Notes under the pieces: generated by a model
What the model was told of the DNA's origin: nothing
What the model saw: only the letters and a program-made list of their open reading frames with translations
The model's database searches: none
Made by a program: the position numbers and the translations under genes
Assembly (NCBI GenBank): GCA_963768425.1
Contig: CAVYHV010000030.1
Coordinates: 32,001-96,000, forward strand
Source: Candidatus Bathyarchaeota archaeon
GTDB lineage: Archaea > Thermoproteota > Bathyarchaeia > Bathyarchaeales > Bathycorpusculaceae
DNA length: 64,000 nt
Direction: 5' to 3'
Part shown: piece after piece, positions 30,027 to 40,382 of the stretch
How the letters are laid out: every line of letters begins with the position of its first letter
How positions within the stretch are numbered: the stretch's first letter is position 1

Positions 30027-32632
30027 TTATCCTTTGACCCACCAATAGAAGATTGAGTCTGCAGCTCCGCCTATCATTGGGTTCTCTTCTGATTGTATCC
30101 CGTTGTATCCTTTCATGTATGGCTTAATTACCCAGAAGGAACTGGGTTGCTGAGCATAAACGTACATGTACAGGTTTATTGCGCTCTGTTCTACCAGCTT
30201 GTAGTCTGCAGCTGATTGAGTTGAAGTCGTTGCGGCGTCTGCCTGTTGAATTTCCGTGTTCAGTTGTTGATATTGACTCGCTTCTGAAGCAAATCCTGCC
30301 GCGGTCAAGCCACTGACTGAGAAGCCAGATGCAGATGGGTAAGTTCCTCCCTGCTCATAGAGTGCGTTGACGAAGTCACTTGGATACGGATAGTCAGCTA
30401 TCCAGCCTAGATAGTAGACCGGCATAGGATTCGTGTTTGCTACTTGCTCGGCCTATAATTGTTGCGAACGGTTCATACTCAACGGTTGCCGTTATGGACG
30501 GGTCCATTTGGTGCAATGCAGCGGCCCACATTTGGGCGCCAGCGTAGTTGATTGTATCGCCAGCTGTGACTATGATCGGAATGGTGACAGCCACATTGGC
30601 TTCTCCTGACTGCTGCATAAGGCTGGTGGCGGTGGCTAAGTCGTAGGTTGGAACGTTCTGAAGTTCGCTGGGCGGCACATAGTATGGTAAGCCTGGAATT
30701 ATTGCGCCCGCGTATCCACTTGCGAAGTCTTCACCGTAAACGTTGTTGCCCACTATTTGGTCTAAGTAGTTGGTATAGTTGAACGAGTCGCAAAATGCTT
30801 CTCGTACGTCTGTGTTAGCGAAGTAGTTTGTTGGCACGTTAAAGTTGCTGCCGAATGTTGATTTCATTAGCGACGTGTCTAGGTTTGTGTTGAATACGTA
30901 GAAGAAGCATGATAGTGATGGCACTTGATAGAGGCTGCTTTGGCCTGATGTAACCATTGACTTGATTGATGGCATATCGCTGTTTGGTAATGCTGTGACG
31001 ATGTCGGCTGATCCGCTTGTGTACAGTAGGTATGCTGTTTCAGGATCTTTGACCCATTGTATTGACACTGTGTTTGTTACTGTGGGTATTCCAGATACGC
31101 CACTCCATCCTGAGTTAGGAGTTAAGACTACCGACTGACCCGGCACATAGCTTTGTATTTGGTAGGGACCGGATGCAACAGGGTTGTTCTGGATCTTAGT
31201 GTTGTAGTTGCCTTCGTTGCCTTGGCTCTGGTAATTGTAGAATCCAGCTGGTGAGAAGGTTATTCCAGCACCGACACTCTGAAGCCAAGATGAATCTAGT
31301 ATTCCTGTTCCAAGCGGGAAGGCTATTGCGGTGAAGAACTGTGCTGAACTTGTGGGTGAGACAAGAGTGAATGTGACTGTATTTTTGCTGCTGTCGTATG
31401 TGACTGCGTTCGTTATCGCGTTGTAATCCTTTGTGTCGCTGGCGCTTGACATTATGGGTATTCCTGCGGTTGCTCCTGGAATCAAGTATTGTGCTAAGAA
31501 TCCAGTCAGGCGTTCCAGGTGCTCCACCGACAAATAACAGGTTCCTGATCATTGTATAGTAGATATCGTAGGCCGTAATTGGATCTCCGTTCGAGAATTT
31601 CTCTCCGCTTCTTATCGTGAAGGTGTATGAGGTGCTGTTTGCGTTTATTCCGCCGTTAGATGTGGATGGAACCGATGCGGCTAACATTGGCAGGAAGTTA
31701 GTTGTTGACGATCCGTCGTAGACGAGAAGTGTTCCCATGGTGTTTAGAATTACTTCATATCCGACAGTTTCGTAATCGATTTGCGGGTCAAATGAGTATG
31801 GACCTCCAGGCACGTTTTCGGCGACGTTTATAACTCCGGCGTTAGGCACTTTGGTGGACTGTGTGTACAGAGCATATGGTTGAGAAGAAGAACTGACTAC
31901 TACAGTGCGTTCAATGGTCGTGCAGTACGTCTGATTTGTAACTGAATTTTCCGTTACAATGGTTAAGCTTACAGGGTAAAGACCCGTCTGGGTATAGGTT
32001 GCTTTGACGGGGTTTGTTTCTGGATTGTTAGTGTTGCTGTTTGCGGAGACCGTCTGGTTAGCGCCGTTTCCGAAGTCCCACACGTACTCACATATGATTA
32101 CGTTGTTTGCTGAGGGTGCTTCGAGGTAACCGCCGGTGAAGTATGCTGCAGTGTTCACCGTTACTATTGGTTCGTTTGGATTCAACGTGGTGTTCATTGA
32201 AATTACAGGGACTGATATTACCGGGGCGTTTGAGGAACTGATCGAAGGCGATATCTGAATCGTGCTCACGGCGTTATTTGTAGAAGCGACAACGTTGCCT
32301 CCTGCTGTCTCCTGAGCTGTCACGAAAAATGTTCCACCGTATTGATAGGTGTGACTTGCCGTTGGCGAACTTGCGGTCAATCCAGTTGCGGATTGTCCGT
32401 CTCCGAAGTAGATTGTGGCTTGTCCGTTTGATGCAAAGTTAGATAGAGTAAAGGTTATGGCTGTGCCTTGAGTTGTAGACGATGCGCTGGCTTTCAGCGT
32501 AAACCCACTACTGCTGCTGCTGCTTGTCGACTTCGTGGATTCATAGTAATATACTCCTGCTCCTATTGCTACGATCAAAATTACAACCAGAATAATTGCC
32601 CAAATCGCTTTTCCCAATGCTCTTTTAGACAT
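30027..32632 (-). CDS. dppA: Peptide ABC substrate-binding protein (family 5) with N-terminal anchor and two PKD-like domains; two frameshifts
   Basis: TM anchor, IYFGDG and WDFGNG PKD-like motifs, SFDPQIDYE, YTFTIRSGEKFSNGDPITAYD, SGPY, GWIADYPYP. Confidence 0.85.
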
Positions 32633-33044
32633 GTGTTTTCCCCTTTCGCTGATTTTTCTTATTAAAGTTATTTTGGTGAAAGGTATTTTACCTTTCAATA
32701 TTTAACATTTGCGCTAACTCGCATATGCCAAAAAATTACTGAAAAAATATTTTACATTGACATTTTTATGTTTAATGAATTTGTATTCGATTGAACTTTA
32801 TTCAGGAATTTTGCAAAATTTGACATCGCAATGTGGCCTGCTAAATTTCAATCAACTAAACCAGCCTTGCTTCTCAATAAGGAACTTAGCGTTCAAAAAG
32901 TGAGAGCCAAATGGAATTTTATGCCTTGCCATTTACTTGAGCCTAAAAATGAAACCCGCATTCAATAAGGTCGACTGCTTAGTCAACAGCAAAATAGTTT
33001 GATGCACGACATCGGCGGTTTCGCAGGAGGCAAGACAAAAATAT

Positions 33045-33284
33045 TTAATCGATTATTTCGCCAACTCCGGCTTTTTCACCGACTTGGGTCACCTTTATTT
33101 TCACGCGGTCTCTCGGCTTGGCTTTCGGCACCGTAATAATGTAGCCTTGAATTATTGACATTCCGTCTCCACTTGGACAAACATCGGTAATGTTCACTTC
33201 CAATTCGTCACCCAAGGCAACTGGGGGTTTCTTCTCAACGTGTTTAATCTTGAATTTTCCCCCTCGAACCCTTCTATGGACCAT
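33045..33284 (-). CDS. Single TRAM-domain RNA-binding protein
   Basis: PPVALGDELEVNITD...GDG...QGYIITVP.AKP.D.VKIKV. Confidence 0.85.
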   Translation of the reverse strand: MVHRRVRGGKFKIKHVEKKPPVALGDELEVNITDVCPSGDGMSIIQGYIITVPKAKPRDRVKIKVTQVGEKAGVGEIID

Positions 33285-33444
33285 GCAGAAACCTTGCCTT
33301 GTTCTGTGTAAACAAAGTTAACCGCTTAAGTCTTACGCAACTCATTCTTTATTTGTCACAGTGTTCGTGGGCTGCATGTTAGTTATTTTAAATTGTGTTA
33401 AATTTTTTGGGTTAATGAGGATTGGGTATCCAGTTTTAAAAAGT

Positions 33445-33523
33445 AAGCAAAAGAGGGATGTGTTCCCTCTTGGCTGGGAGGAAACTTCCTCCGTTTTTTA
33501 GTTAGGAGCTCTCCTTTCTCCTT
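33445..33523 (-). ncRNA. Candidate small RNA of three tandem hairpins
   Basis: Hairpins at 33451-33471, 33477-33492 and 33504-33515; TATA-like TTTTAAG on the minus strand at about 33547-33553; T-tract after the last hairpin. Confidence 0.4.
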
Positions 33524-33731
33524 AAAAAAAATATGTTCATTCATCGCTTAAAAGGCATATTTCATTATCAGGAATATATCCAGAGATTACCTTGTAAAGG
33601 CTAGCCAAATTAAAGGATTGAGCTGCTATATTCTGCCCAAAACTTGGGAGCAAGAAGGAAACTAAGGATAAAAAAGTCTTAAATCTGAATAGCGTAGAAA
33701 TAGATCTAACGCATATTTGATGGTGAATTAA

Positions 33732-34208
33732 TTGCTTGTGAGAATGGCGGCTCCTGAAGATTCAGAGCGTATGGCTCGAATTTAACAACGAACTTAGCCC
33801 TTTGCCACGTTTCTTATCACTCTGATATACGAAGTTAAAGAAAACGTGTCCGAGCTGTGCTTGTCTATATAAAGGATAAAATCGAAAAGTCAATATCAGG
33901 AGACGGGCTTGTGCTCGTTGCCCAAGACAAAGGCATAGTTGGTTATTTGAGTTGTTCAGCATCACAGAGCAACTAATCCGAATAGGGAAATTCACAAGAC
34001 TGGTCATATAGGAGGCAGTGTATGTAATTCAGAATATCGTCGTCGGGGAATCGCTGCGGCACTCATGAAGGAAGCTTTGAAATGGATGAAAAACCGTGAA
34101 GTTGAATACGTTGACCTGAACGTTGATGTCCAAAACACCGCAGCTGTTGCAGCATGGACTGCTTTGGGGTTCAAGCCGCACCAGTACAACCTCATCCGAA
34201 AATTATAA
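33732..34208 (+). pseudogene. Degraded GNAT acetyltransferase
   Basis: C-terminal frame EYRRRGIAAALMKEALKWMKNREVEYVDLNVDVQNTAAVAAWTALGF; upstream part broken by stops and shifts. Confidence 0.7.
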
Positions 34209-34336
34209 GCATCTGACTCATGAGCTTTTGAGTTGTTTAGGAAAACTTTTAGGAGAAACTAGCATTAACCCTTCATAATGAGAATCGAAGTCGAAAATCA
34301 CTTCTGAACCTCAAAAATAAGAAATCATGAAAAACA

Positions 34337-34876
34337 TTGGGGTGTCGGATGGTTTATAAGATTTTCAAATTCAAGGACGGAAGAACAGCGACGCTTGATT
34401 GGTTAGAAGAAGACGACTTACCAGAACTTGTGGACGCACTTAACGGTGTAATCCGCGAAGACAAATTTCTCTTGGTGAACACCGTGATAACCGGCATGGA
34501 AGAAGAACGAGAGTGGTTCGAGCGAAGTACGAAAGCAGGCATGCATTACTTAGTAGCCAGGGTCGATGGCAAAGTCGTCGGGGGTGCAAGTATTCACCCT
34601 TTCACTGGCAAACGCTCGCACGTTGCCGAATTCGGTATTTTCATACGCGATGGCTATCGCAACATGGGCTTAGGAACAGAACTAACGAAGACTTTTATCG
34701 AAATTGCCCGCAAAAGCCGGTTCGAAATCATTCAGCTTTCCGTCTACACAACAAATGAACGAGCGTTTCATGTTTACAAGAAATGCGGTTTCAAAGAATG
34801 TGGCAAACTTACGCATGATGTTAAATTTGCAGATGGAACTTACGCTGACAGAATATTGATGGAGTTACCCTTGTAA
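34337..34876 (+). CDS. GNAT acetyltransferase
   Basis: HVAEFGIFI..GYRNMGLGT, NERAFHVYKKCGF. Confidence 0.9.
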   Translation: MGCRMVYKIFKFKDGRTATLDWLEEDDLPELVDALNGVIREDKFLLVNTVITGMEEEREWFERSTKAGMHYLVARVDGKVVGGASIHPFTGKRSHVAEFGIFIRDGYRNMGLGTELTKTFIEIARKSRFEIIQLSVYTTNERAFHVYKKCGFKECGKLTHDVKFADGTYADRILMELPL

Positions 34877-34942
34877 ATACTGAATTTGACGCTGATTTCA
34901 ACTGCTGTGTAGATTGGTCTGCTGACAGAGCAATAGAAATTT

Positions 34943-35437
34943 TTAACCTTTCGCTGTTTGCTTCAACACAGTTTTCCTAGTAAAAAAACCATAACGATTA
35001 TAGAAACCAAAAGCCTGTTCGTTTCCAGCAGCAACCTCTACTATTTTGGCTACTGTACCATTCTCATCCATCCAAGCCAAAACCCTTCTCATAAGATTAT
35101 CCCCAACACCCAAACCTCTATAATTGGAAGCAACAAATAACGATTCAATTTCACCTGTCTTGTCCTCATCAATGCTGCTTACACAGTACCCGACGTTCTT
35201 GCCTGTCATAACATCTGAACCAATATCCACTCTTAATTCGGCGCTCGCGGCTTTTTTTAGCCAATAAGCCTTCCTTTTTTCAAAAGTCATTTCAGCATAA
35301 TCCTGTTTGAAACATGGGGATAACTCAAGATGATGTTGATTCAAACTTTGCCAAAGCGACCTAATACCATCTAGCAAAGCTTCATTGCCACAACCGTACC
35401 GTATTTTGGGCTTATTCTGCATGTCTTCACTTACCAA
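34943..35437 (-). CDS. GNAT acetyltransferase
   Basis: GEIESLFV...YRGLGVG, GNEQAFGFYNRYGF. Confidence 0.9.
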   Translation of the reverse strand: MVSEDMQNKPKIRYGCGNEALLDGIRSLWQSLNQHHLELSPCFKQDYAEMTFEKRKAYWLKKAASAELRVDIGSDVMTGKNVGYCVSSIDEDKTGEIESLFVASNYRGLGVGDNLMRRVLAWMDENGTVAKIVEVAAGNEQAFGFYNRYGFFTRKTVLKQTAKG

Positions 35438-35457
35438 CGAGTAGTGATTGTAGGAAA

Positions 35458-36018
35458 CTATTGTCCTTTAGCGGTTTTTGTCAGTATTTTTGGTTCTTTC
35501 CATTCTTCTCTGAGAATGCTGTACAAAATAGAGTCTCTGAGTTGTCCTCTGAGGAAAAAGGGTTTGCGAATTGTTCCCTCCATCTTGAAACCTGCTTTTT
35601 CCAAAACCTTCTGTGAACCAACGTTTTTCACATCAGTTTGGGCTTGTATGCGCCCTATACTGTTTGAAAGAAACAAGTAGTCCACCATAATGTTGACGGC
35701 TTCTGTGCAGTAGCCTTTGCCTCTTTCAGTGGGAACCATGAAATAACCTATTTCCAATTGGTTTCCCGCAGGATGAATTACGTTGAAATGCCACATGCCA
35801 CCAATTCTGCGTCCATCTTTATCTTCAATGAAGAATTCGGTTTCTTGAAACTTCTTTTCTCCATAATTCTTCTCCATCTCTGTTCTGGACATCTGCATAA
35901 GAGGATTGTATTTACCGAAAACCTCAGGGTTGTTATACCATTCTGCGAGAAACGCCAAATCCTCTTTCTCGACAACTCTCAGATTCACATTTTTGCCTTC
36001 AAGCAACCTGAACACCAA
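35458..36018 (-). CDS. RimJ/RimL-type GNAT acetyltransferase
   Basis: LEGKNVNLR, EIGY....RGKGYCTEA, NVGSQKVLEKAGF..EG. Confidence 0.9.
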   Translation of the reverse strand: MVFRLLEGKNVNLRVVEKEDLAFLAEWYNNPEVFGKYNPLMQMSRTEMEKNYGEKKFQETEFFIEDKDGRRIGGMWHFNVIHPAGNQLEIGYFMVPTERGKGYCTEAVNIMVDYLFLSNSIGRIQAQTDVKNVGSQKVLEKAGFKMEGTIRKPFFLRGQLRDSILYSILREEWKEPKILTKTAKGQ

Positions 36019-36271
36019 TTCAAAATAGTTAAGTCGGTTCAGCTATAACTTTTTCGCAATGAGAGTTGACTGCTATCTGACGCTATTTCTCTTTGCTAAT
36101 GAAGCCGACTGAAACGTCTCCTTGCACTAAAATGGATTTTGTAACTATGAAAACTGGGTACCTGAGTTTATCGCAGACTTCCAAAATATTCAGGAAACAC
36201 AAGCTTTAACGACTTAAAAAACCAAAAAACATCTCTGCCGGGTGGCACTCCCCATGGTTTTACTTATAGCA

Positions 36272-36295
36272 GTGCAAGAGATGAGATTTGCACCC
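36272..36295 (-). repeat. Highly degenerate tRNA-Leu 3'-end copy (att-like scar 4)
   Basis: GTGCAAGAGATGAGATTTGCACCC matches 19/24 nt of GTGCAGGGGGTGGGATTTGAACCC at 44813. Confidence 0.5.
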
Positions 36296-36368
36296 TCACT
36301 GCAGTGGAAATACGGTCGCTTCTCATCATATTCAAAAGCAATGGTTAGGAACGATCTCTTTATTGGAG

Positions 36369-36908
36369 TTAAGGCAAAAGAAGCTCCATCAAAATCCTGT
36401 CGGCGTAAGTTCCATCTATAAACTTAACATCATGCGTTAGTTTGCCACATTCTTTGAAACCGCATTTTTGGTAGACATGAACAGCCCGCTTGTTAGTTGA
36501 AAATGCAGATATTTGAATAATCTTAACACCGCTTTTTCTTGCAACATCTATGAGTTCATTTATCAGTATTGTCCCAAGCCCGCAGTTACGGAAGCCTTTT
36601 GCAATATAAATTGCGAATTCGGCGACATGCGCTTGCTTACCTTTGAAGACCGACATGCTTGCTGCTCCAATTATTTTGCCGTCTACTTTGGCAACGAGAT
36701 CGCGCATTCCAGCTGCTCTGCTTTTCTCAAACCACTCTGGTTCGGAGTCAAGATCGGTTATTTCTTGATCCATTAATAGATAGGTTTTTTCTCTAACTAC
36801 GCTGTTTAGAACCTCAACAAGCTCAAGCAGGTCTGTCGCTTCCAGCCAACTCAAAGAAGCCGCTTGCCCGTTGTTCAAGGTCACAGTCTTAAACTGCAAA
36901 CGAATCAC
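36369..36908 (-). CDS. GNAT acetyltransferase, paralog of 34337-34876
   Basis: Same architecture; shared C-terminus KCGFKECGKLTHDVKF.DGTYADRILMEL. Confidence 0.9.
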   Translation of the reverse strand: MIRLQFKTVTLNNGQAASLSWLEATDLLELVEVLNSVVREKTYLLMDQEITDLDSEPEWFEKSRAAGMRDLVAKVDGKIIGAASMSVFKGKQAHVAEFAIYIAKGFRNCGLGTILINELIDVARKSGVKIIQISAFSTNKRAVHVYQKCGFKECGKLTHDVKFIDGTYADRILMELLLP

Positions 36909-37034
36909 TCCTTTACCTCTTGGAGTAATTTACTGATAAAACCTCCTATAACTACTCAATGTTCGGTAAACATTCTGGTTAATCCAAAAAACTGTTAGCG
37001 CCTAACGTATAGAGAATTGTTAGAAGAGCTCTGA

Positions 37035-37292
37035 TTAAAAGTTGTTTTTTAAATTATTTTTTTGTTTTTCTTTCTTTGAATCTTCGGCTATCTTCATTTT
37101 GGCAAGTTCAGGCTTTTGAATGTGCAAAATTATTGCGTTCGCGTGACCGCGTCCTAGCCCGAAGTCCCCCTTGAGCCAGGCAAGTAGCTCACCATATTTT
37201 CCTAGATCCTTCTCCTTTGCCAACGTTTGGAAATACTCTGGGTCCTTGCCAGTCTTAGCCTTGACATTATCTATGTAGGCTTTGTACGTCAC
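37035..37292 (-). CDS. DUF4287-like small protein
   Basis: YKAYIDNVKAKTGK...WLK.DFGLGRGHANAI; GTG start at 37292 inferred. Confidence 0.75.
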   Translation of the reverse strand: MTYKAYIDNVKAKTGKDPEYFQTLAKEKDLGKYGELLAWLKGDFGLGRGHANAIILHIQKPELAKMKIAEDSKKEKQKNNLKNNF

Positions 37293-37449
37293 AGTTTTCA
37301 CGCAGGAAATATGGTTGAAAGGGCTGCTTAAAAAATTTGTCAATTTAGCATTTCCGATTTCTGCAATAAACAAGGGTTTGCGAAACCAACCCATGAAAGC
37401 GTGTCATCCGTTTTTCGTATTTCAGATCGAAGAAAGTGAAGTCCGATTT

Positions 37450-37475
37450 TGGAGGAAGGGTGTGGATTTGAACCC
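37450..37475 (-). repeat. Degenerate tRNA 3'-end copy (att-like scar 3)
   Basis: TGGAGGAAGGGTGTGGATTTGAACCC retains the T-arm complement GGATTTGAACCC. Confidence 0.55.
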
Positions 37476-37523
37476 TAGGAAGCGGAAAGATTTTGGTCCA
37501 GTTTGATTTGAATGATGAGCATA

Positions 37524-38631
37524 CTATAGTTTTTTGAAGTCTTCCAATGCGTCCTTGAGATCCATTGCTGCGTTGAAAGATAGATCATCAGTGTCATATT
37601 CAATTCTTCTTAGACCCTTAAGATTTAGAGGCAGATCTATTTTTCTCTCAACTAACAAAACAACTTGCTTACTATATTTCAGATAAGCTGCATCGATTTC
37701 AGAGGTGACATTTGAATTTATGATGTAAAGTCCACTGTACCTTCTCTCCTGTTCAGCGGCAGCGATATTTATTATTGCACAATCACAGTCCTCCATAACT
37801 CCAAATTTATTGTTAGGAATTGGCACAGTTGTTTCTTCTTTATCACCCATTACATAGTCGTAATGAAGAAAATCTAACATTTTCATTATTTGGTCAGAGA
37901 CTTGGGTTTTGCTGTTAGATATGAAGACCCGAGGTTTCAGTTCTTCTTTTTGGGGCTCATTTGGCGTTCTTTCAGTAAAAGTCGCTGTTTTTGTGACTTG
38001 GTCGTCTGGCATATATGCAGGTGCAATGTCAAACGTAACCTGTAAACGGGCAAGGTCTCTGAATTCGATCAGCATAGCGCTTATTCACTAGTTCATTTAC
38101 GCGTAGTAACTCAAGTTCAATTTCATTATCCATAGCCATTATTTTTCCCTCAGGGGCATCGTTATCATAATCGAATGCTACAATTGTGCCCTTTTGTGCT
38201 CTTCCCTTTATTAACACTTTAACAAAAGCTTCAACCTCGGCCAAGCTGACAGGATCAGATTGTTTAATCAAAAGAGGTTGACCTCCCTCGGTAAACCCAT
38301 TTACTCCCGAAGATGGGTCGCTTGGCTTACCGTTGAATTTTTTGATTACCCACGCTTCGAAGTCACGGGGTGAAATTCTGCTGAGGCTCTTTTCATTCAC
38401 CCGCTTCTTTAAAACAAATACAGACGTGACTCCAACAGCAACTGCTACAACCGCTACGATTCCAACGATAAGGAATAAGGCATTGGAACCTCCAAATATT
38501 GATGCTTTGGTTGGGGTTGGCGGTGTTGTAGAGATTGGTGTTGATGTTTGACAATAAGATATTTGTGAAAAGACAATAACTGAAAAAAGAAAACACGTTA
38601 CAAAAATGGCTAAGAGCAATTTTTTATTCAT
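37524..38631 (-). CDS. Membrane-anchored protein with Mrr-like nuclease-fold domain and C-terminal TIR-like domain; 1-nt frameshift near 38062
   Basis: Signal peptide, Thr/Pro linker and TM; PRDFEAWV...GVNG...LIKQS...KGTIVAF; then PRVFIS...CDCAII...NSNVTSEI..AY...VVLL...LPLNLKGL. Confidence 0.65.
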
Positions 38632-38862
38632 ATTTTTGCATCCCCTAATATGGATAGTGGTTAACTCCTGACCATAGGTAAATGCCTACAGTGATTGGAA
38701 AGTTATTGGCATATCGCCTTAAAAAACTATTGAAAAGAAACTTGTGTCTCAAACTCACTTGTTAATGTTCGTCATCAATTTCTTGTTTACAAAAATAATG
38801 AGAGCATGGATAAGGATGCGTCTGTTTCTGCGGAAATATGCCTTTTACATTTTTGCTTATGT

Positions 38863-38901
38863 TGGTGCAGCGAGTGGGATTTGAGCCCATGAACCCTGCG
38901 G
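38863..38901 (-). repeat. Degenerate tRNA-Leu 3'-end copy (att-like scar 2)
   Basis: TGGTGCAGCGAGTGGGATTTGAGCCCATGAACCCTGCG versus intact GTGCAGGGGGTGGGATTTGAACCCACGAACGCCTGCG. Confidence 0.75.
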
Positions 38902-39046
38902 ATGGCCGCCAGTACAAAAATACTGGATGAAACGGCTCACAAAGTGGGGGTTCTTTTCATAAAAGATTTACATTTGTTCACCGATAAATACAAACAGGCG
39001 CTTGAATGGCTGAAACGTTTTCGGTTTCAAAGCTAAAGCTTAGCTG

Positions 39047-40343
39047 TTGGACAAATCAAAAGGAGATGACTTAGCTTTGACAGAACCAAAATCGAAAGGG
39101 ACCAAGGGTCCTCTTCGAGTGCTCCGAAACCGCAACTTTACTCTTCTTTTCTATGCGGGCGCCGCTTCCACCGGGGGCTTTTCCCTTGGACAGGTGGCCC
39201 TTACATGGCTGGTATACGTCACGACTGGTTCGGCGCTTGATGTCGCCTACGTTGCTCTGTCAAGTACGGTAGCATCTGTTCTACTCAGCGTGATCGGCGG
39301 TACCTTGGTTGATAGACAGAACCGTAAATGGCTGATGATACTCTCTGATTTGCTAAGAGCCCTTGGGCTTGTAGTACTCGCGGTGTATCTATATTTTGCA
39401 GGATTCAGCTTGCCCCTTGTACTGGTAGTCTCCTTTGTTCTGGGCACTTTCTCAACAATTTTTAACCCCGCGCAGAGAGCAGTGATTCCATCGATTCTTA
39501 AATCTGATGAAGTTGCTGACGCTAATGGTCTAGTGCAGGTTGCAAATTCGGTCTTCCAATCTGTAGCAAGCGCGGCTGGCGGTGCTATAGTGGCGACAAT
39601 AGGCGCTGTGGCCGCTTTAGGGATTAACGCGACAACATTCGCCATCTCTGCTGTGCTTACTATGTCTATGACTCTTGGTGCTCTTGTGAAACCCAGTCTG
39701 ACAGCGCTTTAATGGAGAAGTTCGCAAAGGTTTTGTTTCTGACGCCGCCGACGGAGTCAAATACATAACTTCTAACAAGGGACTGCTTTATCTGACTGTT
39801 TCAGCCGGATTTATCAACCTATTCTTCGCCATGATAATACCATTTGTTGTAGTCTACGCCACCAATGTGCTGAACGGCGGCGTGGCTGTTTATGGCTCCT
39901 TGCTTGCTGCTTTTGCAGTAGGGATGGCGCCTGGCGCGCTTCTTGTGGGAAGAACCAAGGCGGTTGCTTATGCAGGCATTGTCTGGGGAGCCACTGGACT
40001 CTTGGCGGGAGCGGCAATGCTTTTGTCAGCGTTCACTCGAAGTTTCATCGTTGCGTTTGTGCTATTTCTCGTCGTCGGGGTCATTTCTGGATATGCAAAC
40101 GTAACTTGGCTCTCTGCAGTTCAGCTCATTGTGCCCTCCGAGATGCAGGGCAGGTACTTCGGTGTTGACCAACTGGGGAGTTTTGCGGTTATGCCAGTCG
40201 GGCAAGTTTTGGGTGCCTTTATAATCCAAAGCATGAGTGTTAAGACCGACTTTATAGTCGCTGCTGTAGGGATATCTGTAATTTCCCTTGTGTTCCTCTT
40301 ATCGAAGGATATGCGGGCGGTTGGCTACTCAGCAGAGAAATAA
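39047..40343 (+). CDS. MFS efflux transporter (MefA/EntS-like), split near 39710
   Basis: LRNRNF, WLVY.TTGSA, GGTLVDRQNRK..MILSDLLR, FNPA..A.IP; QLIVPSEMQGR. Confidence 0.85.
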
Positions 40344-40382
40344 AGAAAACTAATGTGGGTAGGTAAATTGAGGTTGAATTAG

